Below, one piece after another: positions 52,181-64,000 of a stretch of 64,000 nucleotides of DNA. This stretch comes from Camelus dromedarius (taxonomy: Eukaryota). Numbering within the stretch: the first letter of the stretch is position 1; every line of letters begins with the position of its first letter. The DNA is taken from the NCBI RefSeq assembly GCF_036321535.1, contig NC_087437.1, forward strand, positions 12,092,001 through 12,156,000, written 5' to 3'. The position numbers and the translations under genes were made by a program. Under the pieces are notes generated by a model. That model had not been told where the DNA came from. It saw only the letters and a program-made list of their open reading frames with translations, and searched no databases.

Positions 52181-55137
52181 GGGCCAGCCACCTGGACCTC
52201 AGGCAGTGTGCTCACACTAGTACGTGAGTGTGGGGCTGACGGCATGAACTGTCTTTGTGTGGAGGCTGCTTTGGAGAACGGTGGGTTTGCTAGGATGTCA
52301 AAAAGGCATCACTACAGGCCACGCAGTCAAGGACTTCCAAGTGTGCTTGTCTGTGTTCAGGGTGGGGTGAAGGGATCTGGCCAGATTCTTTGGGCTTTTT
52401 GGCATATTGTCCAAGAGCTACATTTTTCTTTCTTATAAAGCAGTATTGTCTTCAAACCTGTGGGACTTTCAAGGTCATGTATGAGAGGTGTCAGGTACAC
52501 TCCGTGAAGATGGGAATTTACAAATGTTGGTGTGTGTCATGGTTTTATTCCTGCTCCCCCCTTTCAAAATTACTGTGGGCTCTAAAAGAGTCAAGAACTC
52601 AAACTTGCATGAACTCTTCAACACCTCTCCAAATTCAACAAAACTGACATTTATAGCTTTGTTGAAGCGGAGACATGGCATTTGGCTTCAGATTGTTTGG
52701 ACTGTAGAGTGTCAGTATAAATAGCTTTGATTGACTTTTGTGTCGTGCACATCTGGAAGCAATTTATGGCATTCCAGCTAGATTAAAGCGCGTTTTAAAG
52801 GAATTTCACCAGCTCTTTTTTTTTTTTTTTTTCGCTCTCTTTCTCTTTTTTCCTGTTGGCCACGGTGAATAAAGTTTCAAAGACGGTTTAGCTGCTGTTC
52901 TTAATGTAGACTCTGGTGAAGTCAAATTCAGGGCAAATGCTGGGTGGGGGGAGAAGGGAAGAGGGAGTTTGTTTTACCAAAAGAGCTAAATGCAGAAGTG
53001 ACTTTTCCTCAATTGTTTTGTTCACACTGAAATGAGAGATAAAATGTCAGACACTAGGAAGCTGTTATCAAGACACAGAAACCACGGACTAAGCGTTTTT
53101 AAAGAGAGGAATGGATTGGCCTGGGAGAGGTGAAAAGAGCTGTGTGTGTGTCACTCGGCTTGACAACCAGAAGGACTGAGAAGAAACGTGAACATTGACT
53201 TTTATTTGTGGAATATTTTTGAGGTTCATCTCACAAATACTCAGGAAGCACCTACCATGGGCTGGTCCAGACGGAGTGCAACAGGGACCAGAGATGGAGG
53301 CTGACTGGAGGCCTTCATGTTGCTGATAATCTAGGGAAACAGAGGGACACTGGGTAGCAAATGCCCCACATGTTATTTAATTATCATTGTGACTAAAAGA
53401 CAGTGGGGAGGTAAGTACAATGTCCTGAGTGCCTGCAGACCAGTGTAGTTGGAAGGATCAAGGGATGCTTCCTGGGGAGACATGAATTTGACCTGAGACA
53501 GTACGCAGAAAGCAAGTAGAGAAAAGGAATAACATTCCAGGATGGGGGGGAGTGTGGATTTTCATTGCAGGCCCCTGGAAATCGGAACAACCTGGCCAGG
53601 TAGATATCTTCACATTTAGACATGGGAAAAACAGATGAGGCTCAGATGAGTTATGAACCTCTCCAATTTCACTTCGTTATTATCTATCACCCCCACATTA
53701 AAGCACAATCGACGTTAACAGCCGTTTTATCCTATAGTCCTGGTGATCCGTCTGAGTGAAGGCAAGTCACATCCTATCTCTGGGCCCCAGTTTCCCCATT
53801 TTTGTGGTCAGGGAATTAGATAGATGCTCTGTGAGTGGAACCTCCTGGGCCGTCAAGGCATCTATGTGAAAGCGGGGCTGTGTGTAACATACATACCTTC
53901 ATATGACAATGAAGACGGTGGAAACACTGCCATTCACAACATTGAAAGATGGAAAGTCTATGATAGACAAACTGGGAGGAACAGTGGACTCCTTGCGGGT
54001 AATGAGAATGTCCCCTCCAGTCTCTCTAACTTAGATAAGGAAAGGAAATCTCCATTATTAAATGAGACTCGTGCCCTGGGAGAGGCCGACCCCGCACATT
54101 GTTAGAACGCTGATATATAGGTCATCGTGGTCCTCCTTTTTCTTTTTCTTGCTGAAGGAAAGTGATGAAGTGGTGCTCAGAAAGTGGCAAATTGCCCTAA
54201 AAATCGCATAAAAGTGCAATTTAATGCACACAGTTCTGCTGAAGAAAACCACCTTTGTTTCATTATTAGCTTCCCAGGGATTTCTTTCCTTGCTTGGCAT
54301 TTAAGTGTGGAAACTTGTCCTTTTATTCTTAACATAATGAGACAGTTCTTAGGTTTTTAAGAACAATAGAAAAAAGCGTGAAGAGTGATCAATACATTAC
54401 TTGAGATTTATTAACTCCCGCCTGGAGCCCTGTTGCCAACCTCTGGGTATGATTTGGAAAGACAGGGAGGCATAAACCTCTGTTGTTTTAAGTAAAATAG
54501 AAAGAAATTTAATCTCTGGGACCACAGGGTGAAAAATGTTCTACTAGGAATTTACTTTGCCTTATTCCCCTGATTTTAGGTTCGGGATTTGACCCGTAGA
54601 CACAGGAGCAGCAACTTTGCCTGATAGGTTTAGAACCAATAGGAAAGTAAACTCTGAAGTTATCTGCTGACATAATTTCCCAGCTTCTGTTCTCTTTCCA
54701 CTCCTCAGTACAGGCTTGACAAAAATACTTCAAAATAAAGCTCATGTGCTCACCTATCATATTTCATGCACTCTGCACTCGGTTAGAGGGAACCATTTGA
54801 CACCAAGCTGGGGGAGACGGCAGACATGAGACATTGAGACTGTTGAGACCTGTTGTAGTAGCTGGAATGGTTGGCACTGAGACCAAACCTCAAAGGAAAA
54901 TGGGCTATGAATTAATTAAGACCATGGTGGGCAGACCAGAAAGCCTCTGTACTCTGTTGATGAAAAATATGTTGTTCAGTGTAAGCCTGGTCAGAGGGAG
55001 TTTGCAGCTCAAGTGATGCATGCTCTCATTTATTCATTTTTTTTTTCATTCTGTCAATATGGATTAAGTGCCTCCAGTGTGGCAAGAATTGTATCAGGCG
55101 GTGTGGACACGGCCATGAAGAGACAAATATGACCTTG

Positions 55138-55250
55138 TAAGGGAAGAGGGAAATAGCTCAGTGGTAGAGCGCATGCCTAGCATACGTAAGGTCCTGGGTT
55201 CAATCCTCAGTCCTCCATTAAAAAAAATAATAAAAAATAAACCTGCAATT
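55138..55250 (+). mobile_element. Camelid tRNA-derived SINE (vic-1-like), inside an L2 remnant
   Basis: tagctcagtggtagagcgcatgcctagcat...ggttcaatcc; perfect 14-bp TSD CAAATATGACCTTG at 55124-55137 and 55251-55264. Confidence 0.9.
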
Positions 55251-57058
55251 CAAATATGACCTTGGAGCTCTCATTCTAGGTAGACATGGACGTTGAATAA
55301 CTAAGCCCACAGTGGATTATGCTGTTACAATTGTTTAATGTGTTATTGGACATTATGGAAAACTAAAAGACTGAAAAAGGGAATGAATGCTGAAATCTGA
55401 AGGCTATGAAGCTGATTTCTTTGCTTCTGTCCCGATGGTTAATCTGGAGTCAGACCTTTGGGTGGTAGATGATTTTAGCTTTTTGAGTCTTGTCCCTGTT
55501 AGAGGTTCTCCTGTCTGAAGAATTGTCAAGTATGGACATAAGGGTGTCTTCGGAGAAAAGTGGGGCAAGTGGAGGATCATCACAGACTTTTTGCAGAAAA
55601 TTAGATATGGCAGCTGGGCCACTTAATTATACAGGATAACTTGGCAGGATGAATGACAAAACAGTCTTGTAGATTGGGATAGAAAGTGAAGGAGAGGCAA
55701 ATGCTTACGGAAGGGTTGTCCTTGGCTCAGAAAAGAGAAAGATGTTGACAGGAGAAAGTCAACTTAATCTTGCCTTCTCCTGTTGTCCTGAAGGTGAGCC
55801 CTGCGGGCCAGGCCAGGGGTGTTTATGGAAATGTGGGCTGCATGTATGTTTTTATTTTCTGGTCTGAAATGTAGAAGTGATGAAGAAAAATTGTGTTGAT
55901 AGAGACAAAACAAAGTGGAAAAAAGTGAAGCTTTTAGGGGCAGCAAATAATTCAGTTTAGATGCTCTGTGGTGATGGATTTGAGACATATTCAGCTCTCT
56001 GCTTGGCCCTTTTTTAGATAGTCAGTGGAGTCACCATTCTTTCAACAGATTTGTACCAGGTTTGGGTTAAGGTGAAGCCAATGGAAATAGTTAGTGGTTC
56101 ATAAGAGGATGGAATCAATTACTACAGTTCCTTTCACATCACGATGGGCCAGAGGAGCTGAATCAGTCATTGACGTGTTAGAATTTGCAACAAAGGCTTA
56201 TAGAACCTTTTGATGTTACACAGCATTTTTCCTGATCATTGTCTCACTAGATAGTTATAGTAGGTGTAGGAGGTAAAAGGGCTGTGGGTCTAAGGTCGGT
56301 TTTGTGTGCTGTAAGTCTGGATTGGATTCAGAGACAACTCAAGATTGAAATATGAGATCCTGGAGAGCAGGAAAGTTTGGCTTTTTGGTTCATGCTGTAT
56401 CACCAGCATCTAGAAGTGTGCTTGGGGTAGGGAAAGAACTCAGTATGTATCTGTTGAATTTATTTAATAAAAAAAGTTAAAGGGTGGAGTTGGTGGGCAA
56501 TGGGATTATCTGTATTGCTATTAGATATTTAAACACAAAAATATCTGTGGATATTTAAATCTACGATGGTGATCTGGCTGTTACTCATTGTCTCCAAGAC
56601 CAGAGAGATGTCACTTACCCAGTCTTAATTTCCCCACCTGTAAAATAAGGTGTCTCTTCCAGCTCTAACATTCTATGCTGCGTTAATTTTTCTACCTATA
56701 AATTTTCTCCACAACTTTTTTTTCTAGATCACCATTTGGCATTTGAATATTTAAATCCTTTGTCACCATCCATAAAAGTTCTCATTTGAAGTTTGCAGAG
56801 CAAGGTCCATGGATCTGGCTCTCAAATACATGTTCTGTTCTTTGCCCCCAACTCAAGTAACTTGACCTCATATCCGTAAAGAGGAGGAAAAAGACAGAGA
56901 ACATAGCTGAGAAGGAGGACATATGGCAAAATTAAGGTCTTGTCATGGTCTTCCTATAAAATGTGGAAGATCAAAATTCAAGGTCTTACACATAGCTCTC
57001 CAGCTCAGAATTCTTTACATTTCCTGCTAGTCTAAATTCCTCTTTTAGATTATAAAAG

Positions 57059-57323
57059 TTTTTTTTTTTGGTTGGTTGGTTGGTTGTTTGGTTTTTATTG
57101 AAGTATAGTTGATTTACAATGTTGACTTGTTTTTATTGATGTATAATTGATTTACAATGTGGTGTTAGTTTCAGATGTACAGTAAAGTGTTTTGTTGTAC
57201 AATACATCTGTATATTATTTTTCAGATTCTTTTCCATTATAGGTTCTTACAAGACACTGAATGTTGTTCCTTGTGCTATACAGTGGGACCTTGTTGCTTA
57301 TCTGTTTTATATAAAGTTCTGTG
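57059..57323 (-). mobile_element. L1 3' end (truncated) with doubled terminus, inside an L2 remnant
   Basis: ttattgaagtatagttgatttacaatg...ttcagattcttttccattataggtt; flanks ttagattataaaagttttt / ttagattatggagttttt. Confidence 0.85.
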
Positions 57324-59014
57324 TTAGATTATGGAGTTTTTGAGAACAGTGAATGTGCCTTATCCATCTATGTTCCCACCCCCAACCTCCCAATTGGTAT
57401 AAAATAATAAGTGAGTATCTATTGAATTAATAATTGTGTAAATAGCTGAGGGTGTAGTTGGAACTGCCACAGAAAGGCTGGAATTAATGGAGAAAGGAGT
57501 GGAGTAAAGTAGAGGTAGTTAGATGGCATCCTTGGAGCAGAGGAAGGCAAAATACCGAGAAGCCTGGGCTGTCTGAATTAGTGGTGCAGTTAAAGCTTGA
57601 AATGTGTAAAGCAGCTGCCTCCAAAGGCAAGGCGCACAGTCAGCGAGGCCCAGCTCCCCCACCACCCCAAGGTGTAACAGCGCCGGGAATGGAAGAGAAT
57701 GCGGGGAGGCAGATGGCACATCCCGATTTTAGAAGGAAGCTGAATGGAGCTGTGCTCCTGCTGACTGATGCTCATGTGGGAATATTGCCAGGCCTTCTCA
57801 TTAAAAAAAAAAAAAAAAAGCTAGATAATGTAGTTCTTTATGTAAAATCTGATCTTTTAGCTTTGGCAGTGATTGCAGATACTTTTAAAACACTGCATGG
57901 CCAAAGAAACCCCCCGAAGCCCTATCTGTTTACCAGCAGATCTACTCATTAAAGAGAGATGGTACTGTAATATTTAGTGAGGGCACCAGGGATTTAGATT
58001 AAGTTCTGAAAATGTGTTCAGACCAAAAGTAAGTAATTACTGTCTCACTCAAATATTCTAGATTGGTATCTGCATTTTAACCCTCAAGAGTTTTGGCTCC
58101 AGGGGCCTTTGCTTTGCAGAATGCCTTAGTGTCTGCTCTTGACTCTCCCCTTGGCCAGTTGATCTGAGCTTGTCCTTGTTATCCGAAGCTGCCACTCAAC
58201 TCTCAGACTAGAGAAATAACATTAAATTAACATCCAGATTTCTGATCAGATGAGACAACTTGATATGGAAATGTCACTTTCGAACACTCTGGTTTGCACT
58301 CATTAACGAACACCCACTACTGATATCTACCACGACTACAACACTGTAATGCACTGTGTTGAATGTCCCGTCCCCCACCCCGAATGTGAGCCCCAAGGTT
58401 GTCATCGCCTTCCCTAGCATGTCCCTGTTATCTGGTCATTTTCTCAACTCTGATGTCGAGTTTGTTGCTCTCTATAGACACAGCTTCAGATGTCCTCATC
58501 CAATACCCACCCTCACAGGTGGAAATGTTGAAAACATCAAAGCAATTTTGTGAATGGGACGTGTGTTCATACAACAGTGATGTGAAGGTGGAGGCTGGCC
58601 ATCAGTGGCCATTGTGGAAAACTTAAGCATCCACATTCAATTCCTATAACCCAGACATTTTCTTTTGTCCTTTTTTTTATGGCCTTAACTCACCAAAACC
58701 ATGTTTTGACAAATACTCATCCTAACATTATTCAAATCCATTTCTTTCTTTAATGTTAAATTCACAAGCTGTATTTCTACAGCATAATTATTTAGCAGTC
58801 ACATAAAATGTGTATCTGGTCATTCTTAACAGGCTCATTTATACATGGGCCACATAAAATTTGCATTCTTACCAGCGACTCATTTATTAATGGTAATAAA
58901 TATACCCGGCAACAGGCCAAGCACACTTCAGAGGCTTGTAACCTGAGGACAGAGTAGATGTAAAATGTAATGTGTTGTTTTAAAAATAACTTAGAAAAAT
59001 ACTTTCAACAAAAC

Positions 59015-59140
59015 TTGGAAGGAGAAAGAAGGAAGAAAGGAAGGAAGGAAAGAAGAAGGAAGGGAGGGAGGAAGGGAGGGAGGAGGAATGGAAGGGAAAA
59101 AGGAAGAAAGAAAAAAGAAGAGAAGAAAGGGAAAAAAGGA
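59015..59140. repeat. GA-rich polypurine tract, (GGAA)n-like
   Basis: ggaaggagaaagaaggaagaaaggaaggaagg... Confidence 0.9.
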
Positions 59141-59737
59141 AAATTTATAGTGATATATTAATAGATTCAAAAAGAATGTCTTTCCCCAGAAAGCAAGCTG
59201 AGTTCAGAGAGAGGGAAGGAAAAGGAGGCATTATAGATCTTTCCTTTTTTAAGGAAAAGACTATAATTATATCAATATGGTTTCTATCTGCATGGCATAT
59301 TCGATTTTATAACTGAGGCAGCCTTGAACGTTTTTATGACCACTCACTGTGCTCCCTAAGATGCAAAGAGATCAGAAAAGTATAGGAAACCTCAAGACCA
59401 TGGTAGGAGGTTAGGCATATGCAAGAAAAGACAATAATTTCATGACTATTGGTGAGAATTAATAGCACTTTATTTTGTGGCTTGCCGAGGAAACTTGTGG
59501 TTGATGCTGTTCAGAAGTACTTCTCGATGTTTTTAATCGAAACCACGTGTGTGTGTCAGGACTTGGCGCACACGCCATCCCGGCCTGGATTCTGAGGCTC
59601 TGCAGACTCTCAGGCTTTCCCATGTCTTTTTTTAAATTAGAGTTTCAGTCCAATGAAATCTTCTATGAATGAATCAGCAGACAGTGTATGAGTTCTGGGA
59701 AAAATCGTAAGCAACAAAACCCTTCCAGTTAATTCTT

Positions 59738-59886
59738 GTTTTTGTTTTTTTGTCTTTGGGGGTGGTAATTAGGTTTCTGTATTTCTAAATTAATTTTATT
59801 TTGTTTTTTAATGGAGGTACTGGGGATTGAACCCAAGATCTTAAATGCTAAGCACGCACCCTACCACTGAGCTATACGCTCCCCCT
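59738..59886 (-). mobile_element. Camelid tRNA-derived SINE (vic-1-like)
   Basis: aatggaggtactggggattgaaccc...ctaccactgagctatacgctccccc; TSD CTTCCAGTTAATTCTT (59722-59737) / CTTTCAATTAATTCTT (59887-59902). Confidence 0.9.
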
Positions 59887-59990
59887 CTTTCAATTAATTC
59901 TTAATGGCCTCTTCCCTCTTCTTTGACCAAGCTTCCTCTGTTTAATGCCTCGCAGCCCTCTCTTCCTCCCCTTCAAAGACTTGTGACAGT

Positions 59991-60227
59991 TATGATCTCA
60001 CTTACAGGTGGAATCTTAAAAAGTTGAACTCATAGAATCAGAATGTAGAACAGTGGTTGCCTGGGGATGGGGTTGGAGGAAATGGAGTGATGCTGGTCAA
60101 GGGGTCCAAGATTTCCAGAAGTTCTGGGATCTAATGTACAGCATGGTGACAATAATTAATCTCGTACTGTACACTTGAAATGTAGATCTTAATTGTTCTA
60201 CAAGAGGGTAGATCTTAAATGTTCCCT

Positions 60228-60272
<45 letters not shown>

Positions 60273-60435
60273 TAACTCTGTGAAGTGATGGAGGACCTTG
60301 ATTGTGGTAATCATTTTACAATGTATATGTATATTAAATCATCACTTTATACACCTTAAAAAAATCCCATTGTATAACCTAGATATATGCAAGTTGAATT
60401 TGTCAGTCATACCTCAGTAACCTGGGGGTAAAAAA
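59991..60435 (+). mobile_element. L1MA-type 3'UTR
   Basis: tatgatctcacttacaggtggaatcttaaaaagttgaactcatagaa...gatctaatgtacagcatggtgac...gtagatcttaaatgttc. Confidence 0.85.
60229..60266. repeat. Perfect (CA)19 microsatellite within the L1 3'UTR
   Basis: Direct reading. Confidence 0.95.
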
Positions 60436-63400
60436 GGTATACCAAGAGTGGATGACAGTTGCAATTTTAGATGCTTGTGTGATTTCTACATTAATATCAT
60501 ATTCCCCAATTGGGAAAAACTTGAGAAATTGGGAAATTGGACTTGTGTCATTTTGTAAGCATCAAGCAGGAGCCATCCCTGTGTCTGCTTACTGTTATAT
60601 TCTCAGTGCCCAGTGCTCTACCAAATATAGATAGATCCTTCATTAATATATATATTAGGATGGGAAAGAGGGGAGAGGGGAGGAAGGAAGGAAGCCTATT
60701 TTTATAGATTCTAGGGCTCCAAGTAATCCTTGAGTTCTCCCTCATCAGGCCCTACAATAGTAATCAGAGCCTATGGGTAGTTAAGTCACAGTTCCATGGG
60801 CAAGGACCCATGGTGTGTGGCCAGCACATTCCTGGCTTATAATAAATACTCTAAATATATTTGGGGAAGTGAATGAATTGTGTCTCTCTAGTTCCCTGTA
60901 AATAGTGTCTGGAAAATAGTAGGTACTCAACTTTTTGTTGTCTAAATGAATAGCAAATTGAAGTGAATATCTTTCTGATGTAATTGAAATATTCAACAAC
61001 TAAGTAAAATTTCATTCTAGTAATAATTGGATCTGCAGGAAGCAAGAGGCAACTGACTGTATGAGGCCAGTCCTGGGATCTTTGAGCCATTCCCTCCCCC
61101 AGACAGCATTCCTGTCCCTCTTCATTCATCAGCATTATTCTCAGTGAATGCCCTGTTTGCACCTGACAGTTCATAGCTTGAAGGAGAGTCATCCACCTTA
61201 TAATCAAAGTCCTCCAAGCATTTTTGTTGTAATTGGAGAATGGACTGAAACCAATGGCTTCTGAAAGACAAGGTTCAAAACTCTGTGAAGCCCAGTTTGG
61301 TGGTATCAAGAGTTCTAAAAAGAGAGGAAGAAGGATGCCAGGTCTGTTTCTAGGAAATCACTAGTCTGTAAGCTGGGTTGAGGGCAGGTAGTGCCTCCTT
61401 GCAAAAGCAAGTGAAGCAACGGTAAGCCTCCTTTTCTTCTCTCCCCTAATTAACAGAGTTGAGGAAGATTGGGGTCCAAGATGGGGGCAGGAAGGTGTAG
61501 ACCAGGAGGCCGTTTCAAAAGAGAAGGTGAAGTAACAGCATTATCTGAGAGGTTTAAGTTAATGGACAGCCTGTTGGCTTCCCTCCAGACATTCAAAGCC
61601 AGAGCTGCCTCCCTCAGGGAAGTGTACTGTTTCTGTGTGTTCATTGTTCAGGGCCTCTGTTTATGTTCAACTGTCAAAATGACTTCATGGTTGCTCCTTC
61701 TACTCCAGTGTGTGATTTGGTGTATGTGCCAGAAGAATCAGACTTGACTGAACAGTTTTTCAGATTTATTTTTCCTAACACCTATGAAACTTAAAAAAAT
61801 GGGAACTGTGAATCTCTGGAATATAAAATTCATTGTCATGGACTTGAATCAATAATTACTTGAGTAATCAGTAAATTATAAGCATATACAAGCTAAACTA
61901 GGTTCAGCTGTAATAGTGAGGTTTCAGAAGTTCTTTGGTTTCAAGTACTTTTATTCATCTTAAAATAAAATTTAGTATGGCCTTTGTCTTAAAATGGCTT
62001 AATGAACATGAACTATAGAGGACAGTTCTAAATACAGTTGAATTATGAACATGACTTAGTATTTCATTATACATTGGAAAATGGCTCATCAGAGTTAATA
62101 TTGATTAGACCTAGATGCTCAATAGCTTGGATAAAAACATGTGTCTTTTTATTAGAAATCTATCATACCCAAGGCATAGGCCAACACGCTGGCTTTGTAA
62201 ATCATGGATTCTGCCCAATCATTTAGACTCTAGACCACAAATAGGCTGTCATAAGTCCACCATTCCTGGGGTCGAGTGGGAAATTAGGGGAAGATGAAGA
62301 AGGTCAGGAAAGGCATGGAGGGAAGACTCCTGTGCCGAGAGGTTTCTGAGCACCTCCTAGGAAGTATCCTGGGATACAGTGAAGTGCTCACAAGCTTCTA
62401 TGAGTTTTTTTTGCACATTTCCTGTTAAAGGAGAGAAAAGAATCAATATAAGCAGTCAGCTAATCTGTTCTCTGAGTGAATAGAGACTGACCAACTGCAG
62501 GTCAACTAGAAACCAATTCTAGACTCTGGTATGTTGAAAGCATTTTCCAAAACAGGGTAGACTAGGCTTCCATTGGGATATGGGAAAATGTCATAATTTC
62601 TGTAATTATTTAGGTTGTCTCACAATATTAATTAAGCATTGCTAATGGTTAATCTATGGGTCAACCATAGCAGATGCATACAACTGATTCATAAATACAC
62701 ATATATCAGGAATGCTTGCTAATTTCCCTTTTTCACTGGGAGATGTGCTCTCAGCCACTGCTGTTCTGGCTCAGGAACACTTATTTCCTGAAATCCAGCA
62801 GGGAGGATCTGCCTCATTAACTGATCCCCTGCCCAGCATCCTAACAAGTTTTCTCCAGAATTATTTGCGGTACAGCATCCGACCACCCTGGTGACAGAGA
62901 GCTCCAGTGTCTTGTATGGTGAATGATAGGATTATTCTAAGTTCTCCCTCTTTTAAAGACTTCTGGAGGAATTTCAGCCTTGAGCGTTACAGATTACTTA
63001 CTGAAAAGAGCCCTGGAGTTATTGCTATCCATTGGGTAATTAGGTAGTTCCAAGGAAAATAATAAAACTATTTTGTGCCTGGGAGATTAGAATGGCACAC
63101 GGTGACTCATATTAGTCAGCTGAGTAATTATGTAATTACAGAAGAAGGGGAAGAAAACCCTTCAGATTGTTTTTCCTAAGAGGCCCTTTTGGAAGCGTTC
63201 CAGCCCATCAGGTACTTATGTAATTAGGTCGGGGGCACCATCCATAAGGAGAGGCTGGCGGGGAGGGGGTTCATTAAAAAAAAAAGTTTATGTAAAAGAA
63301 CCTGGTGGAAGAAGAAAAAGGAGTGTTTAAAAGATTCACCCAGACTCCACACCTACTAGGTAGGAAGCCATAGCAAACATTAAGGGAAATGGTGTTTCAT

Positions 63401-63456
63401 TGTAACTTGAGGCCGTGTGCACATACGTGCGTAGAATATGATGAAGGGCTTGGCAT

Positions 63457-64000
63457 TTCTTTTTTTTTTTTAGACTTTTTTAAATTATTGAAGTATAGTC
63501 AGTTTACAATGGTGTGTCAATTTCTGGTGTACAGAATCATGTTTCAGTCATCTGTATACATTCATATATTCTTTTTCAGATTCTTTTTCATTATAGGTTA
63601 CTACAAGATATTGAATATCATTCCTTGTGCTCTACAGTGTAAACTAGTTGTTTATCTATTTTATATCCAGTAGTTAATATCTGCAAATCCTAAGCTCCCA
63701 GTTTATCCCTTACCACCCCCTTTCCCCTCCTGGTAATGATAAGTTTGTTTTCTATGTCTATGAGTCTGTTTCTGCTTTGTAAATAAGTTTACTTGTGTCC
63801 TTTTTTTTTTAGATTCCACATATAAGTGATATCATATGGTATTTTTCTTTCTCTTTCTGGCTTATTTCACTTAGAATGACAATCTCCAGGTCCATCCATT
63901 TGCAGCAAATAGCATTATTGTACTCTTTTTTATGGCTGAGAAGTATTCCATTACATATATATACCACAACTTCTTTATCCAGTCATCTGTCAATGGACTT
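63457..64000 (-). mobile_element. Lineage-specific L1 3' end, continues past the window edge
   Basis: T-tail plus attgaagtatagtcagtttacaat...agattccacatataagtgatatcatatggtatttttctttctctttctggc; same family as 33861-34250. Confidence 0.9.

Noticed and set aside
55141..55215. tRNA gene-like sequence (also at 12215, 38495 and 59810)
   Set aside because: A-rich tails, TSDs and multiple diverged copies show these are tRNA-derived SINEs, not tRNA genes.
60182..60224. Direct repeat gtagatcttaa(t/a)tgttc; similar short duplications near 17213-17242 and 49942-49968
   Set aside because: These are short slippage-type duplications inside L1 remnants with only two units each, not arrays.
1..64000. CRISPR array, prokaryotic operon, CpG-island promoter or foreign insert
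   Set aside because: I saw no regularly spaced repeat-spacer array, no dense coding region and no CpG island; composition and repeat content look mammalian throughout.

Overview
This is AT-rich mammalian (eutherian) non-coding DNA, either intronic or intergenic. It is most likely camelid (Camelus/Vicugna/Lama), based on four copies of a vic-1-like tRNA-derived SINE and the absence of Alu, B1/B2, Bov-A2/BovB, PRE-1 and Can-SINE. I could not recognise any host protein-coding gene, rRNA, true tRNA or CRISPR array. The only ORFs with recognisable homology are decayed LINE-1 ORF2 pieces. Much of the window is transposon debris: L1 of several ages, L2, MIR, MaLR/ERVL and ERV1 solo LTRs, and MER2/Tigger2, MER5, MER20, MER58 and MER63 DNA transposons. 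I did not find a convincing previously undescribed biological system. The best leads are a candidate 21-nt in-frame microexon (32449-32469), two compact transcription-factor motif clusters (about 21950-22060 and 63030-63300), a twin-primed 5'-inverted L1 (49795-50441) and several nested insertions. Subfamily names come from recalled consensus sequences and need RepeatMasker/Dfam confirmation. Boundaries of old elements are approximate.
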